Positions 1-11,349 of a DNA stretch of 64,000 nt are shown here, one piece after another. The translations under genes were made by a program, and so were the position numbers. The DNA lies in the NCBI GenBank assembly GCA_038496445.1, contig JALMLS010000005.1, forward strand, positions 174,417 to 238,416, read 5' to 3'. The notes under the pieces are model-generated. The model did not search any database, had not been told where the DNA came from, and worked only from the letters and a program-made list of their open reading frames with translations. Each line of letters opens with the position of its first letter. Position 1 is the stretch's first letter. The stretch comes from Trichosphaerium sp. ATCC 40318 (lineage: Eukaryota; Protista; Tubulinea).

Positions 1-409
1 TGAACAAATACGCATTATGTTTTATTTCTCGCTTTCAAGAGAATACAACTGAGCGCTTGCGGTAGTACAAACAAAGAAAAATCTGCCACAAAACAGAAAA
101 AACTGACTACAATAAAGCGCAAACATATTATTTTTGGGTTTATCGTCGTACCTAGCTACCAAATAGGAGTACCACCAATTATTACTTCATATCATAGTGA
201 GTTCTATGTGCTTTCGCTGGTTAACCAACGAAGCGCTATAAATCGGTTTTTTGGCGGTGTTTAAAAAAGGTTGTATGAGAGCTCAAATAATACGGCTAAA
301 AAGCAATCAAATTATATCGCTGCGCGTAGGGCAAACGATTTTCATGCATTGGGGCTTTTTGTTTTCGTAAAAACTATCAGAAACGTTTTTTTTCTGATTA
401 CGTTTTATG

Positions 410-3400
410 TTAAAATACACCTCTAATCACAGCGCTTGTCACTAACGTATTGACATCAGGTCGATTCTGAGGTTTGTTTACAAGTATAGTTTTAATAAAT
501 TGCGATCTTGACATGGTACCACCAGATGCCTTAGACAATAATTCCGTAACTCTTACGTCTAGTATAGCTAGAAACATCATCAGCAATTGTCCTGGCGTTA
601 AATACCAGAAGCAACTTTTTTTTTTGTACCTTGATATGCTTCTTTGTTGATTGGCATTGTTTTTGCAACCATATACTCATCCTGCGTTGCGCCTAATATA
701 CTCAATAAGTATCATAATATTTATTATGTCACGTGTACTTAGACCCATGAATTTGTTTGTTAGGAGCTCGACCAGTATTATACCAAACATCCAAATGTCG
801 CCTGTGAAACAAAAAAAGTCACAACGAGAATTGTTTTCTATGCGTACATTTTGATGTAAAAGCCTGTTCGAGAACGACCTCTGGTGGATAGTATGGTCTG
901 TAAATAAATACGGTTACATAAGCGAATAAGTTCGGTCAAACGTACAGAAGCCAGAGGTATTGATCAACGAGATTCTTGTGCCATCCTGAAGGTCCAAATC
1001 CCGATAGTTTTATTTGCATTGATGGAAAAACCTTAAGACACTTATCCTGTATTATTCTTTAATATAACGTACTAATATATTATGACTTGTTAAAGCACCA
1101 TGACAAACGTTTTCCCTGTGTAAGAAAGCAAGTCCTGGTTCGTAAAGTCAGAATTAAGTAAGAAAAAGAAAAAAACAAGAAGACTAGAACAAATCTTCCA
1201 ACGTAACGCACCTCTCAATATACCTTTTGCTATTTTAATTTTATCATTCTTTTGTATATTCTTCTCAAAACTAGCTCGCAAAGTTTTTGCAAAAGCAACA
1301 CTCTCAAGAACCATGAATTGTTCAGACAAAGAGCACCCATAAAACTACTCAAACGTAAACCTTTTTTTTTGTTTTAAATCATACCTCTAGTATTGACGGA
1401 TGTGGTCTCAGTTGAGTAAACGCTGCAGCTTCTGTGATGAATGGCTTTTTCTTCTTGTAAATCTAAACTCGTTTGTGATCACAACCCGACAATACCTTTG
1501 ATTTTTTTTAAGCGTACTTTTACTGTTACTTTAGCCCCTCTCCATATTGCAAAGTGTGTTCTCCCACACCAAAAAGCTTGTAGTTTTCCAACTGGCTCTA
1601 TTTCTTCTTTCTTTATTTGCCACATATTTAAGCCTTGAATAGTGTAAGTCTATAAAGGCACAACAACATAAACTCTCTAACTTACGATAAACTGGGCTTT
1701 TTAGTTTAGCCAATTCCTTTGCTTTCTTTGTGTTCTGTCTTTCTTGTGCTTGACACTTTTGTTGTAAATTAGAATACTCCTCTTGTAGCTTAGTCATCGG
1801 CATATCAGGATTTACTACAACATCACGATCAGCGCTTCCCTACAAACAAAGAATTAGCTTTCTTTAAAAAAATCGAGCTTTGGTTTACTATTAGTTCAGC
1901 AACTGGAGCTATCTTGCTTGGTATTGAGTCTCTTTTATCCTCAAGCGGTTCATTGACAGTATAATCACTTTCCCATTGTAGCCTAAAACCAACAGAACAA
2001 CATTAACAGCGACACGTGGAAAAAAACACCTGAAGATGAAAGCTATTTAAGAGCATACGAGTTTGCGCTTTGTATTGCTGTATAAAGCTCTCTAGTCCAT
2101 TCTGTTGTTAATTGTGCTGTATCGGTCAGGAAATAGAATATTTGGTTATCACAAATCAGTATGAACTCAAGTTGGCCTAAAAAAGAAATGAGGAAAAAAT
2201 CTGTAAAATCGAAAAATAAGTGCGTGTTTTGTACCTAGTTCTGGATCTATCAACATGCACTTTTCAAGGTCTAATGTAAAGCATTGCTTGTCTCTATGTC
2301 TTGAACCTTCCAAGTCAATGTATAGATTACTTCTCGTAACTGATATAGATGCCTTATGAACTTGTCTTGAAGCAGTCTTTTTAGAGCTTCTTGAAGCTCT
2401 CTTTGCTTTTCCAATATTTGATTTTCCAATACTTACAAGAAGTTTACCCTTTTTCAAGACAAGAGCTTGTAGGTCGCGCTTTGGCCTTTGCATAGTACCC
2501 TTAATCAGAATCAACATAACAAACCATACGGAAACTGAGATTTCAAAAAAAGTACCAAGCTCATCCCTCTGTAAGCGCTTCCATCGGCTACAGAACTTTG
2601 TAAGTATATCAAAGGCGCTATGGGAAACATAAAAACTTTCAGCTGACCTTTGTTTGGGTATGCTACTTTTACAATCTTCTCAAGTTGTGCTTCCATCTTG
2701 TCTTTGGCTTTTTTAATAAACTCCATATCTCTAAACACATGGCCGTCAGCGAGGCCACTATTTTTACCTGTAATAAAAGAACGCACGGGTCGTCATCTAG
2801 TGTGTTTGTAATAAGATCCTAAGGCAAACAAAAGGTTATTGGATAAACAACGAGTTTTAGGGAAGTACGTCAAGTAATCGAGGATATTCCTTAACACGTT
2901 GCAAAGGCATTTCAATAACAGTTAATAAATTCATACGACACTCTTTCCCCTTTATTTTCTACGCGAATCCTTCAATATTACGTTGCAAAAAAAAATCACG
3001 TGACAATAGACGTACCGCTTCAACTTTTGCAAATTTTCTAAGGGATCTCCCTTGATATAACTTCTCACGTGTTCCAGGGAGGTGTTGACAATAATAGTAA
3101 TATAATCTACAACAATTATCCACAAAAAGATTTACAACAGATCCAATATGCCCATAACCGTTTTTCTGATCTTGTACAAGTCCACCAACGAACTTTAGAT
3201 GTACTTGAATTATTTGAGGCAAATTAAGCATCAACTAGTCCCCATGATCATCAGCGCTAAGCCAAATAGTTTTTACACGTGCCTCGTGTACTGTATCCCT
3301 TCCAAGAGCTTTTTCAAGTTGAGACACGTATAACTACTGCTAATTAGTTTTATATGAGGTGGAGTGTTGATATGACCTGAGATGATCGACTCAAGTTATT

Positions 3401-3590
3401 AATGTAAACTGTTTCTTCATCAACTATTTTCTTTAACACTTCCCGTTTCCAGACCTTGAAAGAATCTGTAATGATTTGAGAAGCTTCTTCCAAAGCCTCA
3501 GGGGTTGCCATTAATACAAAGGTTGGATTCAGAAAAACGTACTAAGTAAAAGGAAAGATGACTTAAGTGCAAGAATGTACGGTGGATGCC
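410..3590 (-). CDS. Multi-exon Dbl-family RhoGEF (DH-PH) with coiled-coil C-terminal region
   Basis: Spliced exons give DH motifs KREVLKKIVDEETVYINNL, NLPQIIQVHLKFV, HIGSVVNLFVDNCCRLYYYYC, LLTVIEMPLQRVKEYPRLL, DLITNTLDDDP..DMEFIKKAKDKM; PH-like region follows (VLKKGKLLV...CFTLDLEKCMLID); stop at 410-412. Start (3513 or 3590) uncertain. Confidence 0.75.
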
Positions 3591-3779
3591 ATTGTGATCA
3601 CTAATTAACGAGCGTATGAACATAAACTATCTATTATGTACACTTTGTGTTTCGTACATAGCGTTACAAACAACGAATGTTATTTCATTCAACGTTGGTT
3701 TAACTTTTCCTAGAACCTTTAAAACGATGTTGAATAGGTATCGCATGAAGCCTAACCTACTTGTCGTCTACCACCAACC

Positions 3780-4662
3780 TATTTGCAACGATAATAGCAG
3801 TCAACTGTCCGTTGATACTTCAACGCCTGTACTCCCCTTCCCGTCTGTTATTTACGTACCTACACATCGCTTGCAATTGTCCGTTGCTATACAAAGCCTT
3901 GTACTCCCTTCTTTTTTTCCATTGATATAATTGGTAACTTTACACAATGTTCTATCATAATTCCAACGCTTGTGCTCTCCTTCCCGTTTACCATTAACGT
4001 AAGTACAGTGTTCGCACAATTTTCCATTTGCATTCCAACTCTTCCACTCTCCTTCTCGGTAGCCTTTGACGTAATAGGACTCTACCATACCTCCATTGAC
4101 AGCCCACTCTTTGTGCGAGCCATCTAGTTTATCATTGTTATAATGATATAAGTGATACAACTGGCCATTCCTAGTCCAACGCTTAAATTCCCCCTCTAGT
4201 GTACCATTGACATAATATGACTGCTCCCACAGCTGACCATTATCATGCCACTTCTTGTACTCCCCTTCTAGTACTCCATTGGCGTAATTACGCAGCCACC
4301 ATAACTGACCAGATTGATTCCATACTCTGAGCTCTCCGTCTTGATTGCCATCCACGTAAGTATATTGCTGCGACAAACTGCCATTTTTGTGCCAACTTTT
4401 GTATTCTCCGTGTTGTGTACCATGTCTCCAATAAGCTTGACACTTCATAAGATTTTCACTCCTTTTGCCATTTTCCGTGCTTTTTCATCTCATCATCGAA
4501 CCTCGTGGTAATTGCCGTCTGTTTCGAAAGGAGTGGCCAACGCAAATAGACTGACGCATCTAAATCGATAATATCAAGCTGAATCTCAACTGGAAGGTGT
4601 AATAGATGACAATCATCTGGTTTTAAGCTAATTCTCTCTTCAATGCTTGTTACGCTCTCCAT
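3780..4662 (-). pseudogene. Intronless F-box-like + MORN-variant (YwqK-type) repeat gene, frameshifted
   Basis: ORF 4456-4662 (LLHLPVEIQLDII...TTRFDDEMKKHGKWQK) is out of frame with repeat ORF 3852-4448 (GEYKxWxxNGQL...YxNG). After ~3905 the repeats continue in another frame (EYKALYSNGQLQAMCRYVNNRREGEYRR*SINGQL) with an in-frame TGA where Trp is expected. Confidence 0.8.
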
Positions 4663-5037
4663 TTTAGATTTTACAAGGGCCTGTTGTACGCGAAGAGTAA
4701 ATTAGATACAGATTTTGAAGGTAAGGAAGATAGTTAAGTTTGGTTATTTTGTGAAAACCAACTGTCAAAGCGAGTAAATTCTTCACGTGATTATAGCCCT
4801 CGTTCATTCAATTACTATATTGTCACATGTCCAATAATTGTACATATGGCTTAAAAGGGTATTACTGAGAAGCAGTTTGAGCTCATAAAATGCACTAAAT
4901 GATAGCAATCCAGTGGTAAGAATTACATCTTAGTTGGCTTTTATTCGACACGTTGATTCTTGTAGAAAAATCAAGTTTGTGAAAGCTTTGTGATTAATAT
5001 TTTCGCGTAATTGGGCTACAAAAGCAATGTGTAAGTT

Positions 5038-6166
5038 TCACTTCTTCCCAAACTTTTGTACAATATTTCTTTTGAATTGTGCTTTCGCTTCAACAAATTC
5101 ATCAACAACTTGTGATGATGGTTTCCCAGCTTGATAAGTGTAATGTTAGATTATGATAGCACGTATTCATATGGCTAACCCAAAAAATACGCTCACCTGC
5201 AGCCTTTCCAACTTGAATAATAGTATCACATTCATTTTTATCCATGAAAATAGAAGCATCTAGTAGTTTTTCTTCATCCTCTTTTGGAATAGCCATAAAC
5301 CCATGTTTATCAGCATGAACTAATTGACCCGGTTTTATAGTTGCTCCAAATACATCTAATGGGACATTCCATTCAACAGGGTATGCGTGAGCATGTCCAA
5401 CTGTCAATCTTCTTCCAAGAGTCTAACAAATTACAATAAGAGTTTTCATGCTTTTTGTCACCAACGCACTTTGAACCCTGAATTTCTGATATCGTCAACA
5501 TCTCTTATAGCTCCATCTATAATAGCACCAACACTTTGCAACGAAAATCAGCCAAATAAGGAAAAGTAGTTAAATGTACATACCATCCGTATGCTTTGTG
5601 TATATTAGCGGATACCTCTCCCCACCCACTTCCGTAGCATTTAGGATAGTCTAGATCCTTCACAATCACTATTTTAGGTCCTTTTATACTAGAGATGTAC
5701 TCGTGGTAATCTCTGACTGCGCTAGTGTTCTTCTACGCGAATGGTTAAGTATACATACTAGGCACCCACTACGAACCTTGTGAGAAAACTTTGAAGGCTC
5801 CAATACCATAGTAACAGCGTATCCTACCATTGGGCCTGATTCAGGCATAAAATCTACAGTCTCTTCCAAATTGAAGGCATCTTCGCGTGGTAAGTGTCAA
5901 ACGCTAGTGCCGTTTTAATTGGCCGTACCACGCGCAATATCGTGCTTCGTGATTTGTTCCCAACCGTTGTAGATTGTACTAGCGACACTAAGCGTTTAGT
6001 AGTACCTACCAACTCACCATGTGTTCCAACGTCTGAGTTGAAGCAATTCGGAATCAGACAGACGCTTTTCTTGCGCGTTTTCAGTGCTTTTAAAGCGACG
6101 ATCAATAGTTGCAAGTTTTAGTGTTCGATTAGTGGTACCAACCCTAGACGTAACGCGTGCAAGCAT
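5038..6166 (-). CDS. RraA/HMG-aldolase family protein with predicted mitochondrial presequence (multi-exon)
   Basis: MLARVTSRVGTTNRTLKLATIDRRFKS N-terminus, then LRRWNTxTIYNGWEQIT, EETVDFMPESGPMVGYAVT, WGEV, DGAIRDVD, IKPGQLVHADKHG motifs. Confidence 0.85.
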
Positions 6167-6442
6167 AATGTTAACTAACATCCAGCAGTTAAGTTGAAAA
6201 GCTACGAATCAACCATCTTTATCTTGCCATCAAGGTTATCAACGCACGTGAACCGGGGAGGCGCTTTCACAGCACCATTCTTGCTCTCAGAGTCTGGTTT
6301 TCTGTAAACTGAAGAAAATCAGTCTAGTAACTAATACGCGTGATCTATGTGCCCTTTTTGGGTAAAATAGAACACCCAAGGGTTAAAGTTTCTTTGTACA
6401 TTTTTTTACAGTTGATTTTTTTTGATAGTTTTGGTTTTTTTT

Positions 6443-9295
6443 TCATTTGAGGTTCTGTGAATTCGTTAATCGCCTCTGTGCTGCTTCATAAGCCTTTCTC
6501 CTCTTTGTAATAGCATCATCTTCTATAAAATCAGCCTTTGGTTGTTCTTGTTCCTCTTCTTTTGAGTCTACAGGTTCAGCTGCCGTAGAAGTATTTGTTT
6601 TAATTTCTTGTTCAAGAATAGAAGCTTCTACCTTTTCTTTCTTCTTCTGTAAAAATGCTTTCCGTCTATCGTGAAGAAGTTGTAATTTCCTCCGTCTAAG
6701 GCTATCCTGACGTTCATCTGATGTTTGTGCAAATGTATCTGATAGCGCTGGTGGTGGGAGGCTTGGTGATGGTGGAGGGCTTGGTGTAGATGCTATACTT
6801 GGTGCTTGTTGAGGTTGGTGTTGTGTTTCTTGTACAATGTTTTGTGTAGATGGTTGTGCGGCCTGTGGCTGTGTATCGGGAGCATCAGCTTGTTGATCTG
6901 GTGGTGGAACATCAGGCCATGTTCCAAGAAGTCCATTGATAGCGTTATTGAGAGTAACCTAGAAGTAGTCAAAAAAGAAGAAACTTACAAACCTAGCTCT
7001 TTTTTGTTGAGGTGTACCTCTACATTCAAAGTACGCATCAAATCTCGTGCTATAACATCCTCAGGTATGTTAGGAAATACTTCTCGGATGCGTAAAACAT
7101 GCTGACGTGGCACATGCCGGTGCCGTAAAGGAAAATTCATTGGGGCTTGTCGCTGGCCAGGTTGTTGACCACCTATAAATTGTTTTGTTAGCTTATTATG
7201 TACTTAGACCTCTTTTGTTTAGTTGAGTTCTCGTCACCGTTGGGGGTAACAGTCGCTGTGTAGCTAGCTACCATTCGTACCTCCCATAAAGGGCATTTGT
7301 TGACGCTGTCGCTGTTGTACGACTTCAACTGTAAAAGTAGGAAGCCAACCGAACCATCCGCCGCCACGTGTTCCCCACAACGTCCTATGACCTGGGTGAG
7401 GATCCGCAGCTGTTGATGGGTCGTACTGATTTCCGTTATTAGTATTATTATTTGGTTGCTAAAGGCAAGTTAGACCAGGTGATACATAAAAGAAAAGAAA
7501 AAAATAAGAGACAAAAGAATAATTGGCTCGTACCTGTTGGTTATTGTCTGCTTGACCACTCTGATCGTTATCATTCTCCAATATAGATCTTCTACAAATA
7601 GGACACGAGTGGTGATACTCTAACCATGACCGAAGGCAGTGGCTATGTTGAAGGTATTAGCACAAAAGTGTTGAACTTCGACTTACCTGTGGAAGATATG
7701 ACCACAAGGCAACTTGCGTGCACTTGTCATTGTTTCGCGGCAAATAGCACAGGTATCGTTATATTCGCTAATTTCTTCTTCAGTAGCTTCAACAAACCTA
7801 AAATGTAACGTAAGAGAATGCTCAGTGACGAAAAGAAAACAAACAATCAAATTATTAAAAAATATACCTGTTCTCCATGTTGTTTACTATTCGTCTGTAG
7901 TTATTATACGCTCTTATCTTCTCGCGCAAGTTATTAAATACAAGACGCATGTGTAAGAATATTATAGCATCCACCAAACTCAAGGAAATACCGTGCAGTA
8001 TAAGAATTTGAGCGTAATGAGCCAAAGTCGCTAGCAATATCATTGTGTCCGTGAAAAATTCTGTATAATACATGTATACGCCACGTTTTTCCCACGTGCC
8101 ACCTTGTACCATATCCATCAAGTGAATACCATATTTTATAAGAGTTTGTATAGTATCCAAGAACAATGTAACACACTCGAAAGTCAACAAAAGAAGCAAA
8201 GAAGCGCCTACAAAAAAAAAACTTAGTATCGAAAAAATTCCCACAAGTTTTTCTCAAGTGAACACAACACAAAAGGCAATTAAAATTCAAAATAAAATTT
8301 ATGTAAATAATACTAATGATAATGCAATATTTCACCGTAATCAAATCAAATTTTATCGGACTAATGGCAAAATAAAAAAACTTTTTTACAAAAAACAGAC
8401 ATATTTTTTGGAATTGCGTCATGTATTTTTTTTTTGTACCGTTTTTTCTAAACACAGAGAGACAAACATAGAACCAAGCCAAGTCAGCAAACATGATAGA
8501 AAATAATAAAGTAATCATTCTAGCATAAACACTCCATTGTAAGTTAGGTGTATACGTCGTTAACTAAGCGTAAATTAATCTGCAGTTCGGTATTCGTTTT
8601 TTTTCTTTTTTGATCTTTTTCGTTTTTACTGTTTCTCAAATACCCGATAAATAGTTGTACGCATACAACACACGCGTACACCCAAGACTAAATTGTTTTT
8701 TCACTCGGAGCCTATCTCCCAAAAAAATACGTACGTTGCGGAATCTATCTTTCGATAATCCCGAGAATATGTTTAGAAACCCTAGAACGGCAAACCAAAC
8801 AACCCAACTAAATTGTCGTTTAGAAATATTTTCATAATTGATTAAAAGGTTGTTTTATCGTTTTTCTTACGCACCCTACGATGTGTGATGGCTCTGGTTC
8901 GAGAATTGCAGTGATAAATACAATTTTTACCAAAACATAGTTAATGACACGATCCCACGCACGCTATACGTGTAAATAGGCATTAGGTATTTCGTTATGT
9001 ACCTGTGACTCAGCATCGGTGAGCTCGCCAAAAAATAGGTATTGGAGGAGCTTACCACACAATATGAGAGCGTTTATACCCATGTTGAATATTATCTGAT
9101 TAATGTTAGATACGTGGGCATTACAGCACCAACAAGATGGTTGGCCTATGTAACACGTACAAGTAAATACGTTTTAGAGTGTAAAAGCTCAGCGGTAGCC
9201 CATGCCAACTCACCATCAGCTTTTCGCCATACATTCCACAACGAAAGCCCGAAAAACGACACCGAAAACGCAGTGTAGTACAGAAGCGCACTCAT
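6443..9295 (-). CDS. AMFR: gp78/AMFR-like ERAD E3 ubiquitin ligase (TM-RING-H2-CUE-G2BR-VIM)
   Basis: Multi-pass TM exons; RING-H2 CAICRETMTSARKLPCGHIFH..CLRSWLEYHHSCPICR; CUE IREVFPNIPEDVIARDL; G2BR-like SDERQDSLRRRKLQLL; C-terminal RREKAYEAAQRRL (VIM). Confidence 0.85.
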
Positions 9296-9494
9296 GCGTG
9301 TCGTTCGCTTTTTTTATGGTCAATGACTGTCCGTACAATTCGCAAAAAAGTGCCAAGAAAAAAAAACGTGGCAACGAGAAATTAAGCCTTTGTCAATTTG
9401 TTGCCAAAACCAACATATTCAATATGTAGCATTATTCAAACTGCCACGCATGCAGAAAATACACTAAAATTTGATTTCTTTCAGAGATATCTTT

Positions 9495-11169
9495 TTATTT
9501 AAAGAACAGAGCCCTTCTGGGTTCTGGCTCAAGTATGTGCTCTGTTAGTGGTGAGGAAGCGAGAGCAGGAACAAAAACGCGAATTGGGAATTTCCATTTC
9601 AAAATATCACACTTTCTTGTATTGTCGCACCAATCCTAACTCAAATTATTAGTCTACATTACTTGTAATATATCTCTTCATACCGCCGAAAACCTCTCAA
9701 TATTATTATCCCAAACTGCTGGCGTGATAAACTCAAACCTAACAACCCACTTCACTGAGACTAGAAATACGTTATTATTGTAAATACTAATGTGGAAGAT
9801 TAATCATTTACCTATCTCATTATGACATGTTTGTGGTGCTTCAGTGGGGATATACAAATTAAAATGTGTGTTGATTGTATTTATAGTAGAATCATGGAAT
9901 TCTGAGAAAACAGTTCTTGTTACGCTTCCTGAACGAGAAGGGTTTAAGAAATCAGTTACTATCTCCTCCTCAGTTTCAAGGAATACATTAACCTAGTACA
10001 TTGTATTAGAATTCATTGACACTAGCAGTTTTTCTCTCATATTAAACTACGTACTTGAAAGCAAGGAACTTCAGACTTTGAAAAATCAAAGATACCGTAC
10101 ACGCTCTCTCCATGGCAATAAGCAGTTTTTTTAACAGAAAATTTAACAAGATTTCTTTCTCCCTTGTTAATATTAATAGGAACTAAATGGTTGTCAATAA
10201 CGAAGCAACATAAGAAAAAGTAGTACCAGAATGCCCTTGCTTGGCTAGGATAGTGCGTATTGTGTTACGTAGTTGTAAATCTTCGATTAAAATTGGTTGT
10301 GTCGTTTCTGGGCAATACTTGTGGACAACATCTAAAAGAAATGTTAAATGTATTTTTGACACATTGCAAAATGTTAAACAATTGAAGAGAAAAAATACCC
10401 AATGTCAAAGCTGTATCTGTAGCTACTTCAAGGGCTACCTTTAATTCATTTTGAAGTGGCATTACTGGATGATTACATATAGATAAGCCTATAATACATT
10501 AAACGGAGAATACATAAAATTTCAGTAACATCACGTGATTGTACAAGAAAAACGTGACAAAAAAAAACGTACCTGCTGCAGGGTTTACTACGTTCAAACG
10601 AATCTTTAGTGTCTTGGGAGCATCTTTTGGTGTTTTTTGAACAACAAGCATTGCCGCATAAAAGAATTTTATCGTCTTTCCTATGTAGGAAGGTGGGAGG
10701 TTTTCTGGTAATTTACAAGTGTATACATCTAACACATGTTACTTTGGTTCAGTAGTTAGAAAAAAACAGGACAGGATGGTGCCTGATAATCTTTGTATCT
10801 ACAAACGCTCGCCGTACATGTTTTTGAGGAGCCTGGGGCTATTTTAATGTCGTTGAATAGTGTTTGTTGAGGTGTAAAAAACAAAAATCGGCCATTGGGT
10901 CCTAAGACGAATATTAGAGCCATTAATACGCGATCTTTACCTAATTTAGGTAGATATTCTCTGCCTTTGTATTTAGAGAGGCTAGGTGGCGCTCCAAGTT
11001 GCACCCACGAGCTATCAACAACATAGTGGCCGTATAACTGTACGTGAGCGAAAGAAGCGCATTCTTCGCTTTTATTTGTGGCAGGTGCTGAAAATGTAAC
11101 AAATATATTGACTGTGTGGCCTGGGAATACAGCACGTTGTGGTAGTAGGCATTGTACGTGCAAAACCAT
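9495..11169 (-). CDS. RGP1: RGP1-like subunit of the Ric1-Rgp1 Rab6 GEF (multi-exon)
   Basis: Arrestin-like N-terminus (LPENLPPSYIGKTIKFFY); C-terminal GIFDFSKSEVPCFQVNVFLETEEEI...IPTEAPQT...VSVKWVVRFEF...LKWKFPIRV. Confidence 0.75.
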
Positions 11170-11349
11170 TTTACACTGCTATTTGATGCCTTTATGCGTG
11201 TACAAGCGCTATTGATGTGCCACGTTGAGCATTACTTTGACTTTACTCTCATTAAGTCTTGCTTTGTTGAATTACAGTGTTCTTGTATTTGGCGCACTTC
11301 TTGCGTGTCAATGGATATAGTTTCCTTAGTACAATGGAGAAAGACACAA

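Noticed and set aside
3815-3825. In-frame TGA at a Trp position, hinting at UGA=Trp recoding
   Set aside because: TGA terminates several intact genes (5038, 6443, 14406, 34934), Trp is TGG elsewhere, and this copy also has frameshifts.
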